A DNA stretch of 64,000 bases from Octopus sinensis. Taxonomy: Eukaryota. Both the position numbers and the translations under genes were made by a program. Positions 26,396 through 38,370 of the stretch are shown here, in pieces. The stretch spans positions 30,007,360-30,071,359 of the forward strand of contig NC_043019.1 in the NCBI RefSeq assembly GCF_006345805.1, given 5' to 3'. Position 1 is the first letter of the stretch; every line of letters begins with the position of its first letter. The notes under the pieces are model-generated. The model was given only the letters and a program-made list of their open reading frames with translations. It was not told where the DNA came from and did no database searches.

Positions 26396-26542
26396 GTCTC
26401 CCCTCCCCCACCACTGCTTGACAACTGGTGATTGTGAAAAATAAGTGCTGGGGTTGATTAGTTCTATATTTAAGAGACGAGGAATTATGTACATTATTTA
26501 CATTATTTACATTTGACGGATATTTGTCCACATCTTGTTGTT

Positions 26543-26588
26543 AACACAACGTTTTGGCTGATGTACCCTCCAGCCCTCTTCAGGTGTC
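26543..26588 (-). ncRNA. Minimal type I hammerhead motif with mutated core (G12->A)
   Basis: Reverse complement gacac-CTGAAGA-g-GGCTG(gagggtacat)CAGCC-AAAAC-GT-T-gtgtt. Confidence 0.5.
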
Positions 26589-26791
26589 TTGGGGAAATTT
26601 TGAATCTGGGTTCTCATTCCTGAGGTATTTTTTGATGTTATTATTATTATTATTGTTTTTGTTCAGGTCGCTATTTGAAATTGAACTCGGAATCTTGGGG
26701 TTAGTAGCCCATGCTCTTAACCACTATGCCATATGCCCGTGGGCATATGGCGTAGTGGTTTGAAGTTTTCCCAGCTTCAAAATTTCCCCAA

Positions 26792-26837
26792 GACACCTGA
26801 AGAAGGCTGGAGGGTATATCAGCTGAAATGTTGTGTT
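26792..26837 (+). ncRNA. Minimal type I hammerhead motif, CpG-decayed
   Basis: gacac-CTGAAGA-a-GGCTG(gagggtatat)CAGCT-GAAAT-GT-T-gtgtt. Confidence 0.55.
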
Positions 26838-27664
26838 AACAACAAAACAACAAACAAGATGAGGACAAATATCTATCAGTTGTAAATAATGTAAATAATG
26901 GGGTTGATTAGTTTCACTAAAATTCTTCAAGGCAGTGCCCCAGCATAGCCACAGTCAAATGACTGAAACAAGTAAAAGATAAAAAATAAAAGATAAGTAT
27001 ATTGATTCCTAACTTTGGCACAAGGCCATAAATTTGGAGGGAAAGTATTGAGTATTGCCAATTAAATCATTCTGCAGTAAATGACTTGTAATTTGTTTCA
27101 ATGACCCCATGAGGATGAAAGTTAACCTCAGCAGAATTTGAACTCAGAATGTAAAGAGCTGTGATTGATAAGTAGATTGATTAGTTTAGATCAGGAGCTG
27201 TGTTCAAATAATCATCACACCTGATAATAGTATTTTCAAATGAGAATATTGTTTTAGTTATCATAAGCTTTTTTTACAACACACACATACACACACACAC
27301 TGAGTGACTGACACAAACACACATGTAGTAACTGATAGACAAAACTATATACAAACATACACTGATATTATTATATAACTGACAGACACTGCACACTGGC
27401 AGATATATTGCCTAACTGGTAAACATAAATCATTTGAAACTCTAATAAAGTGTGTGTGTGTGTGTGTATGAACTGCCATAATAGATTATGGTCAGATTTG
27501 GAACTGCAAATCCCCTGTAGATAGTCCCCTTTGATGATACAAGTATAAGCTTAGGGATGACTTCAAGCATTTTAATACTGATTAATACTGATCTCACCTC
27601 CTGAGAAGACTTTGTCAGTTCTTGTCAAACTGTCCAACCCATGTCAGCATGGAAAACAGATGTT

Positions 27665-28070
27665 AAATGATTATCATCATCATCATCATCATCGTTTAAT
27701 GTCCGTTTTCCGCGCTAGCACGGGTTGGACGGTTCGACCGGGGTCTGGGGAGCCAGGGGCTGCCCCAGGCTCCAGTCTGGTCTGGCAGTGTTTCTACGGC
27801 TGGATGCCCTTCCTAACGCCAACCACTCCGCGAGTGTAGTGGGTGTTTTTTACGTGCCACCTGCACAGGTGCCAGACGGAGCTGGCGAACGGCCACGAAC
27901 GGATGGTGTTTTTATGTGTCAGTGGCACAGGGCCAGGCAATGCTGGCAACGGACACGAACGGATGGTGCTTTTATGTGCCACCGACACGGGGCCAAACAG
28001 AGCTGGCAAACGGCCACGAACGGATGGTGCTTTTATGTGTCACCTGCACGGGGGCCAGCATGACGATGAT
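27665..28070 (-). mobile_element. SINE family D with an internal ~60-bp unit repeated three times
   Basis: acgaacggatggtg.ttttatgtg recurs near 27895, 27955 and 28015. Confidence 0.85.
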
Positions 28071-28299
28071 AATGATGATGATGACATGCATACATACATA
28101 CATACATACATACATACATACATACATACATACATACATACATACATACATGCATGCATGATGGCTGCCCCCTCGTTATCGAGCATGGCCATTGCATGAA
28201 GCTTAACTGTTATTGGTGCTGTGATCGAATGTGACTTTTTAGCCCAGCTAAAGATCTACAATGTCTTGTACAGAATTGGCAGCTAAAACCAACAGTCAC

Positions 28300-28539
28300 C
28301 CATGCATACCAGCTCCCCCTCTCCATGCCACCAATATTATCTGAGGAGAAAGCAAAGGTCGATACAGCTTGGTACTAGTGACATAGCAACTCATTTCTAC
28401 AGCTGAGTGAACTGGAGCAACTTGGAATAAAGTATCTTGCTCAAGAACACAACACGCAGCCCAGTCTGGGATTCGAACTCACAACCTCATGATTGTAAGC
28501 TTGACATTCTAACCACTGAGCCATGCGCCTTCACATCGT

Positions 28540-28587
<48 letters not shown>

Positions 28588-28811
28588 GTATCTTGTTGAA
28601 GAACACAACACACAGTGCAGTCTGGGAATTGAACTCACTACCTCATGATCGTAAGCTTGACATTCTAACCACTGAGCCATGCGCCTTCACATCGTGTAAA
28701 CACACACACACACATCTTGTTGAAGAACACAACACACAGTGCAGTCTGGGAAATGAACTCACTACCTCATGATTGTGAGCCTGACGCACTAACCACTGAG
28801 CTATGCGCCTT
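28300..28811 (-). mobile_element. SINE family B with three tandem 5' heads separated by (CA)n
   Basis: aaccactgag(c/ct)atgcgccttca ends near 28533, 28690 and 28812. Confidence 0.8.
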
Positions 28812-30489
28812 CAAATTATAGCATCGAAAGGCATAATTAATTTGGTAAATGCATTAGGAATATTCAGCTGTTTACAAGATTTTATTTACACATTAATTGA
28901 TATGATAGTATCATGTTATATAGCTTTAGAAAATGGATGAGGTTGTAAATGACGAACAAAAAAAAATTTTATAAGTAAACTCTACATGTTATTTATAATA
29001 GCAAACGTATTTTCTATTAACATCATCATTTGCAAGAGTTAATATATCTGTATACAAGTTAGTGTTAACATATGCAATGCAGAGAGCATTAAATATGTTA
29101 ACTAGAAATCATTTTATGTAAAGACAGATAGATAAGTGAAGTAGTTGTTATTATAGTTTAATGGAGGGAGTTTTAAAAGGTTAACTGGAAATAATTATGT
29201 CGTACAGAAATAGGTAAGCTAGTATTAAATATGTAGTCGGGCGGACGAATAACTTAGAGATTCAGTCAGAGTAAGTTTGTATTAAAGTATTTATTTCAGG
29301 GAGAATTAAACGAAATGAATTAGAAATATCTATGTGGTGAGGCAGAGGGTTAGGTAAGCTAGTATTAAAATATGTAATCATATAGACAGACAGACAGACT
29401 AATATTGAGAGTAAGTGTTAATGTATTTAGAACAGGGAATATTAACAAGCTAACTAGAAATAAATGATCTGGGAACACTGTCACCACCACCACCACCACC
29501 ACCACCACTGCCATCACCAACATCGTGATCGTCATAATCGTCACCATTTAATGTCCATGTTCCATGTTGGCATGGGTTGGACAGTTTGACAAACTATGAT
29601 GGATCCAAACTATGAAGGCACATGGCTTAGTGGTTAGAGTGTCGACCTTGCAATCGTGAGGTTGTGAGCTCGAATCCCGGACCGGGCTGTGTGTTGTGTT
29701 CTTGAGCAAGACACTTTATTTCACGTTGCTCCAGTTCACTCAGCTGTAGAAATGAGTTCCAACATCACTGGCGCCAAGCTGTATCAGCCCCTTTGCCTTT
29801 CCCTTGGACAACACTGGTGGTGTGGAGAAGGGAGGCTGGTATGCATGGGCGACTGCTGGTCTTCCATAAAACAACCTTGCCTAGACTTGTGCCTGGGAGG
29901 GTAACTTTCTAGGTGCAACCCCATGGTCTGTGTTGTGACCAGAAGGGGGTCTCAGATGCATCCAAGATCTGTACCATGCTCCAGTGTCTTCTGGATAATC
30001 ATCTTGACACCAACCACTTTGCAGCATGTACTAGATGCTTTTGATGTACCATCAGTACGTGTGAGGTTGCTGAGCAGCTCACAAATTCTATGGGCCCCAA
30101 GCAATGGGAGGGAAGCTTCATTCTAGGTGATGAGGGGGTTAAAGAAAAAAACAGAGTGGGTTTCATATTGTGGAGGGGGTTACATGGTTACTCACTTTTA
30201 GAAGAGAGTGTGAGAATGATCAGGTGGAGCTCCACAGAGAGAAATAGTTGTTTTCATCCTTTCGGGGTCAATGAATTAAGTACCAGTTATGCACTGGGGT
30301 CGATGTAATTGACTTAATCCCTTTGTCTGTCCTTGTTTGTCCCTTCTATGTTTTGCCCCTTGTGGGCAATAAACAAATAAGATGATGATGATTATGATGA
30401 TGACAATGACGATGATGATGATGATATATGATGAGGGGGTTAAAGAAAAAAACAGAGTGGGTTTCATGTTGTGGAGGGGTTACATGGTT

Positions 30490-31090
30490 ACTCACTTTTA
30501 GAAGAGAGTGGGAGAATGATTAGGTGGAGCTCCACAGAGAGAAATAGATGCGGTGAGGTGTCCAACTGGCCCCGCAAAGTATGAGAGGAGTTGAAATGAT
30601 TAGTAACAGAGGAACTGAAGTGGTTAATGTTAGGAAGGGCATTTAGCCATTGAACCAATATCAAAGCAGACAATCAGATTATTATCTAACACTTGAATCC
30701 TCTGTTTGTTTCATCTACCCTCATGGGTAAAACCTTGAACAAAGCTGTGTAAGAGTGTCTAACTTGGATGAATATGTACTGCAGCTGAATCAACTCTCTC
30801 TCTCTATCTGCTCAGTCAAAGTCGACTCTCGGTCACTCGTTGGATCAGTGTCCTCCAGTCAGTTCTAACCTGGGCCGCTTATTTCAGATTGACTATGTCC
30901 ATTCTGGTATTACTCTTGATGGTGTCAAGCCAGCGGGTTCTTGGTTGGCCTCTTCCTCTCTTGCCACTGACCATTCCAAGCATGATGTCCTTCTCCAGAA
31001 ATTTTCTCCACATAATATGAGCGAAATATGCCAATTTATGATTGGTGATCAACTAAATCAACTAAATGCACATAAATGCTTCCATAAAGG
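30490..31090 (-). mobile_element. Decayed CR1/L2-like LINE 3' remnant
   Basis: Reverse complement gives LVQWLNALPNINHFSSSV (WN.LP-like C-terminal motif); heavily interrupted. Confidence 0.4.
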
Positions 31091-31510
31091 ATATTTAGAT
31101 GCTTATCCAGCAGAAATGTGTCGGATAGAAAATTTTTTAATTCAGATAAAAAAAACAGATAGCTCTTAAAACATTAAGCATATTTTAGACTTAAAATTTA
31201 GAAGCAAAAATAAAAAAAAAAAAATAACAAAACGATAATGATAATTATAAAGTAGCAAATATTCAGTATAAACTCTTACAGAATTACTCTAACATCTGTC
31301 CATAACCTTCGGCTTTAGAAGAAGAAACATAGCCTAATATGGAGAACACAAAATTTCTAGATAAATTTAAGTGAATAACAAACAAATAATTGTTGTTATT
31401 TGAGCTGGAGGATAATACTGTAATGAGGATAATACTGTAATAAACAGATTTCAAAGATGTGTAATTTTATATTTTTCCTTATGTTGTCTTGTGTGTGTGT
31501 ACACATGTGT

Positions 31511-31998
31511 GTGTGTGTGTGTGTTTCTGTGTGTGTATGTGTATGTACACAGATTATTAAAGCGGCAAAATTATCACGAAAAGCTGTTACCCAGAGTTTC
31601 GTGTACCCGGCGAATGGGAACTTGAAATTCTGAGTAACAGTTGTTTTGTGACAACGTTGCAGCTTTAGTAAAAGCATATTACTCTACCTTTGGTAGTTGA
31701 GTACTATGTTTCTCACCTTGTTTTGCACTTATATGCTCACCTGTATGTATGTGTGTGTGTGTGTGTGTTTCTGTGTGTGTATGTGTATGTACACAGATTA
31801 TTAAAGCGGCAAAATTATCACGAAAAGCTGTTACCCAGAGTTTCGTGTACCCGGCGAATGGGAACTTGAAATTCTGAGTAACAGTTGTTTTGTGACAACG
31901 TTGCAGCTTTAGTAAAAGCATATTACTCTACCTTTGGTAGTTGAGTACTATGTTTCTCACCTTGTTTTGCACTTATATGCTCACCTGTATGTATGTGT
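31511..31998. repeat. Apparently perfect 244-bp tandem duplication
   Basis: The ORFs ending at 31677 and 31921 share the same N-terminal peptide; both junctions lie in (GT)n. Confidence 0.9.
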
Positions 31999-32218
31999 GT
32001 GTGTGTGTGTGTACATATAGATATATATGTATATATATGTGTATGTATGTATATATATATATTATATATCTATATTTATATATATATATTTGTATATATA
32101 TATATATATTCATATATATGTGCGTATATGTGTATATATATGTATGTATATATATATGTATATATATGTATGTATATATATGTATATATATGTATATATA
32201 TATGTATATATATATGTT

Positions 32219-32255
<37 letters not shown>

Positions 32256-32619
32256 GTACATATATATAACAGGCTTCTTTCAGTTTCTGTCAGTCTACCA
32301 AATGCAATTACAAGGTTTTGGTTGGCTTGGAGCTATAATAGTAGAAGACATTTTTCCAAGGTTCCATGTGGTGGGATTGAACCCAGTAATTTCTTACTAC
32401 ACAGCCATGCCTGCGTCTATTATGTTAATGACGATTATTAATTTACCAATTTACTAAAACAATTATTAACTTGATCACTGTTGTCTTTGATTTTTGCATT
32501 GTTTTTGTTTTTTTTTTTGCATTTTGAAATGTTTACAGATGTTTCTTTAGTAAGAACAACAAATTAAAAGATATAAAACTTGTAATTGAAATGTCTTTTG
32601 ACAAAATTTATTTTTCCAG

Positions 32620-32664
32620 TCAGTCTTTCCATTTCTCCAACACTGAGAAAACGCATTTTCAACA
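32620..32664 (+). CDS. Candidate 45-nt symmetric (phase 1-1) cassette exon, (V)SLSISPTLRKRIFN
   Basis: tttatttttccag acceptor and aca|gtaaga donor; length is a multiple of 3; open in the frame required by the flanking exons; unique sequence. Confidence 0.5.
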
Positions 32665-33112
32665 GTAAGAATTCGTTTTTTTTGTCAAACACTTTGGCCT
32701 ACCTTCGATGTCTCCTTCTCGTTGTTTTATTTCAGTTGTAGATTGCTGTCAGTGTAGTCCACCTTATCCTTACAGATCTGACCATCATTAGTTTTAGTTG
32801 AATGACCCTGGTAGCTCTTAGGCATTTGTGATATCCTTTCAGTAGACTTCCCCTTTGATGTATCAACCAATCTATTCATAGCACTGCCTACCTCTTGTCT
32901 ATAAAAGGAAATGTATCTTTGTAGTCTAACACTATATATAATGCACATTGTTATTAATTCTTGGCACTTAAAATTACTTGGCCTTGAGAAGAAATTGACA
33001 AAATCGAAAGCTTGCACAATTTCTAAGGATTCTTTATGCTTGAAGGACATTATTGCATGCAAGCAATTGTAATATATGCCAGCTACTGCAGAATTATTGA
33101 CTTTTGAAGAAT

Positions 33113-33170
<58 letters not shown>

Positions 33171-33388
33171 AATATATATGTATGTATAATGTATATGTAT
33201 GTATAATGTATATGTATGTATAATGTATATGTATGTATAATATATGTATGTATAATATTTGTATGTATAATATATAGTATAATATACATATATGTATATA
33301 TATATATATATATGTATAATATGTATGTGTGTATATATATGTATATATATATTATATATATGTATAATATATATATATATATATATAT

Positions 33389-33428
33389 AATATAAGAGAG
33401 TGGTCACTAGTGACCACTCTCTTATATT
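33389..33428. repeat. Perfect 40-bp palindrome
   Basis: aatataagagagtggtcact|agtgaccactctcttatatt. Confidence 0.9.
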
Positions 33429-33747
33429 TATTTTGTGAAAATATTATAATATGTTATAAAATATTATAATAATCCAGGTTCTCGTAGCACTAGGCCACTT
33501 GGTGTGGAATAAATATACTATTAAATTAGTATCTAATTCTCTCACCCTATTAATTAATTATATATATATATATAATATATATATAAATATAAATGTATAA
33601 TATATATGTATATATATATATATGATATATATATATATATTATATATATATATATATGTATAAGATATATATGTATAATTTATTTATATATATGTATAAT
33701 ATGTATGTGTGTATATATAAGATATATATATGTATAATATTTATATA

Positions 33748-33799
<52 letters not shown>

Positions 33800-33831
33800 A
33801 AGATATATATATGTATAATATTTATATATAT

Positions 33832-34090
33832 TTATGAAGCTGTAGAACCATCATGGCATCTGATGTGTCTTTTTAAACGAGACAATGTTCTGAAAAGACA
33901 CCCACATAGATTGCATATCTGATTTGGACCACCAAGAGCCGCAGATAAGTTCTGATCTTTGTGGATCTGAAAATGTCTTTTGAGGCCTCCGTTAGATTTG
34001 CAGACCTTCTGCAAGCCATACATTACATTGAAAGGTATGCACAGATATATGGGCAGAATAGTTGGTGGAGGTTCAGTTTCCATGGGTTCG
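33832..34090 (-). pseudogene. Twin C2H2 zinc-finger fragment, probably a LINE 3' end
   Basis: Finger 1 is CNV(frameshift)QKVCKSNGGLKRHFQIH; finger 2 is CNLCGCLFRTLSRLKRHIRCH; then a stop. Embedded between (TA)n tracts. Confidence 0.7.
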
Positions 34091-34170
34091 CATACATAAG
34101 TATTTATATATATATATATTTATATACATCTATGTATATATATATGTGTGTGTGTGTGTGTATATATATG

Positions 34171-34218
<48 letters not shown>

Positions 34219-34315
34219 TATGTATATATATATATATGTGTATGTTTGTGTGTGTGTGTATCTGTAGATATTTATAGATATATAGATATGTAAATATATG
34301 TATGTATGTATATAA

Positions 34316-34370
<55 letters not shown>

Positions 34371-34388
34371 CATACATTCATATATATG

Positions 34389-34441
<53 letters not shown>

Positions 34442-36261
34442 ATACATTCATATATATGTATGTATATATATATGTGTATGCATGTGTGTATATATAGATA
34501 TATATATATGTGTGTGTATATCTATATATATATATAGACATACATGCACATGTACACCATTAATATTGTCAGCCGCACAGACTGTCTTAACACACCAGTA
34601 TCTTCACTCACGGCACCGACATATTTTTCCACTACCACCACCACCGTCACCACCACCGTCACCACCACCACCACCACCACCACCACCACCATCATTATCA
34701 CAAGTGGTACTCACTACCATCACCATCACTATCACCATCACCTTACACTTATCATGTCTGTTCCGTAACTAGCATGCTTTGCGTTTGATCTTTCAAGTGA
34801 CTCCGTTGGTTGTGAAGCAATTTACTTGAACATTTTTGTTATCAATATCCAACATTATGGTTCTAATTCGCAGATTAATTATGAGCCACTTTATTTAAAG
34901 TGTGTCAAATCATCATTATTATTATTGTTGTGGCATTTCATCCATCTTTTCGTTCTGAGTTCAAATGCCGCCGAGGTCAACTTTGCCTTTTATCCTTTCA
35001 GGGTCAATAAATTAAGTACCAGTTGAACACTGGGGTTGATGTAATCAACTAGTCCCCCCAAAAAAATTTCAGACCGTGTGCCTATAATAGAAAGAATATT
35101 GATAGTTTCGACCAGCTGTTCTCAGCTGGGGTCCACATGACCCTTTAGGGTTTCATTTAAGATCTTGTTGCCAGAATTTATGCGCAATGAATTAGTTATA
35201 TTTCTACAATTCTTTTATTCTTTTATTTTTTTTACTTGTTTTAGTCATTTGGCTGCAGCCATGCTGGAGCACCACCTTGAAGGGTTTTAGTCAAATAAAT
35301 TGACCCTAGGACTTATTTTTTAAAATAATATTCTATTGGTTTCTTTCACTGAACTGCTAAGCTACAGGGACATAAACACACCAACATCAGTTGTTAAGTG
35401 GTGATGAGGGGTGGGGGCAAACACAGACACAAAGATATGCACACATAGATATATGCATATACAGATACACACATATGTGAGTGTGTGTGTACATGATGTG
35501 AAGGCGCATGGCTCAGTGGTTAGAATGTCAAGCTTACGATCGCGAAGTTGTGAGTTTGAATCCCAGACCGGGCTGTGTGTTGTGTTCTTGAGCAAGACAC
35601 TTTATTTCACGTTGCTCCAGTTCACTCATCTGTAGAAATCAGTTGCGACGTCACAGGTGCCAAGCTGTATCAGCCTTTGCTTTTCCCTTGGGTAACACTG
35701 GTGATGTGGAGAGGGGAGGCTGGTATGCATGGGCGACTGCTGATCTTCCATAAACAACCTTGCCTAGACTTGTGCCTGTGAGGGTAACTTCCTAGGTGCA
35801 ATCCTATGGTCAGTCATGACTGAAGGGGATCTCAGCAGATATATACGATGGGCCCCTTTCATTTTTTGTCTATGAAATCCACTCACAAGGATTTGGTTGG
35901 CCTGAAGCTATATTAGAAGACACTTGTTCAAGGTGCTATGCAGTGGCACTGAACCTAGAACCATGTGGTTGGGAAGCAAGCTTCTTACCACACAGACATG
36001 CCTGCACCTAGCAATACACAAAATATTTTAACAACTGTTTATATTACAATCCCTAATAATATTTAGTTATAAAAATATAATAGGATTTATGAAAACATCA
36101 AATGGCTATGAGGGTCCACTAGAATAAAACAGGGATGAAAGGGTTCCCTAGGTAAAAAATGGCTTAAACAGAGTTAATAGTTTAATAACTATAGGACAAA
36201 GAAAAATGGGGCATTGCTGGCGGTTGCTGGTGCACCGGCAGCATGTTCCGAAACCCCTTAG

Positions 36262-36585
36262 GTGGGACGTGTGCCACTGGAGGCCGGGAAGAAGAAGGCT
36301 TCTCCCAGTGGAAATGTTGAAGAATATGTAATCTTCTTTCTCAGGGGAGGGGCGATAGAGAATTATATAGAAAGTTCCTTTAATAGTCGGGACCTGATAG
36401 ATCCGACTTGTATTCCGGAGTGGCCTCTGCAAGTGGCTGCTCTGGTACTAGAAGAAAGGAACTTCTATTATATAATGAACCCCTTCTCAAAGAAAGAGTA
36501 TAGATCCTGTTTATGGGCCCCCAACTTGCGGCTGCAGGAAGGTCTGCGGGAAGCAAGAAAGTTGATTGAGGACTCATTTGTGTAA
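36262..36585 (+). other. 107-codon ORF of unknown origin in a comparatively GC-rich unique island
   Basis: Non-repetitive, protein-like translation; preceded by ccccttag; attaaa just after the stop. No family recognised. Confidence 0.3.
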
Positions 36586-37113
36586 TAGGTTTATTGCCTT
36601 ATTAAATGTGTTTTTATTTGTAATGGACTTTTTATGAATTTATAAGAGGGTTAATACCTCATTCAATGTTTTTAAAAAGAACAATGTTTTAGCGAAGCAA
36701 AAGTCGGCGGGCGCTTTTCGTCTTCTCCCATCCTTATCGTCCTTGTATCATTATCATTCATCTCATTAATGTCCGTGTCCAGCCCGCAGAGCTACATACC
36801 TGTGTACTGCCTTTATGGCAAATGATATAAAATAAACTCGAAAGCTCCTGTATCTGATCCCTGTTACTTCGTTACCCACATCACTTTGAAATGTATGCAG
36901 TAATATCTATAATGTTACCTTTGTAATCATGCAGTGCACCATTGCATTGACACCCTGCATCTGTATTCCACTCGCTGCAGCACACTTCCCTTTGACAGCA
37001 TCAGCTCACCTGTTATGTCTGATGAATTGCTTTGTATATCATGCCAAGTGTCTATTTCTCACACTTACAGGAATTTGATGGATTGCTGCATGTAAACAAA
37101 GGAGGCTCTTTGT

Positions 37114-37623
37114 CTGTGGTTCTCAACTGAGGTTCGTGTGGCCCTTGGGAGGCCATAAGAGATTTTGTTGTTAAAATTCATGTGTAGTAAATTGATTTTG
37201 CTTCTACAATACAAAAAAAATATTTTAACAATATTTTTGAGACAATTCCTAATAATATTGAAGTATAAAAAAAAACAACTATAGGATTTTTTAATCATAG
37301 AATAGTTATGAGGGTCCACCTGTGTAAAATAGGAATCATAAAGGATCCATAGGTAAAAAAAAAAAATCATCATCATCATCATCATCATCATTGTTAAACA
37401 TCCATCTTCCATGTATGCATGGGTAGGACAGTTGACAGGAGCCGCCAGGTACAAAAACTACCCTAGGCTATTGTGTCTCTTTGGCAGGGATTTTATGGCT
37501 AGATGCCCTTCCTAACACAAACTGCTCCATGGAGTCCATAGGGTCAAAAAAGGGTCCATAGGGTAAAAGAAGGTCAATAGGTAAAAAAAGGGTCCATAGG
37601 TTTTAAAATGGTTGAGAACCATT
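37114..37623. mobile_element. hAT-like MITE interrupted by a family D SINE fragment
   Basis: Termini ctgtggttctcaac / gttgagaaccatt. Related ends near 35107, 36110-36170 and 46425-46440. Confidence 0.55.
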
Positions 37624-38227
37624 TTAAAACCTATGTGGCCCTATGTGGTCACTTGACCTGCTAGAAACAGCAGTTAAATTATCTCAAGTTATTCCTCTCT
37701 ACCTTTGTCTCTCTTTTTATGTTTTTTTTATTCCTATTTACTGTAATCATCTAAAATTCCTGCTGTGTGAAAATAACCTAAACACCTTCCCTATATTCAT
37801 ATAACCTGAGAGTAATAATCATGGTTTCAAATTTTGGTACAGGACCAGCAGTTTTTGAGGAGAGGGGGAAGTTGTCTGGTACATATGAAAGGCAAAGTCA
37901 GTCTCAGTGGAATTTGAACTCACAATGTAAAGACAGGTGAAATGCTGCTAAACATTTTGTCCAGCATGCTAATGGTTCTGCCAGGTTGCTGCCTTAACAA
38001 CAACAGAACAACAACAACAACACCACCACCACCAACAACAACAACAGTGATAGTAATAATAATAATAATGATAATCCATTCTACTATAGGCACAAGGCTT
38101 GAAATTTGGGGGAGAGAGAAAGTCGATTGCATCAACCCCAGTGCGTAACTGGTACTTGTTTCATCGACCCCCGAAAGGATGAAAGGCAAAGTTGACTTCA
38201 GCAGAATTTGAAACATAATAATAATAA

Positions 38228-38262
<35 letters not shown>

Positions 38263-38370
38263 AATAATGATAATAATAATGATAATAATAATGATAATAA
38301 TAATAATAATGATAATAATAATAATAATGATAATAATAATGATAATAATAATAATAATAATAATAATAAA

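Larger units (their letters stand above)
26464..26898. mobile_element. Head-to-head dimer of a tRNA-headed, hammerhead-bearing element, with 15-bp TSD
   Basis: Minus copy 26464-26738 and internally deleted plus copy 26741-26898 meet at gccc-gt-gggc. TGGGGTTGATTAGTT occurs at 26449-26463 and 26899-26913. Confidence 0.85.

Noticed and set aside
32727-33115. About 127 open codons on the minus strand
   Set aside because: No start or convincing splice sites and no recognisable motif; about one such frame could arise by chance in a window this size.
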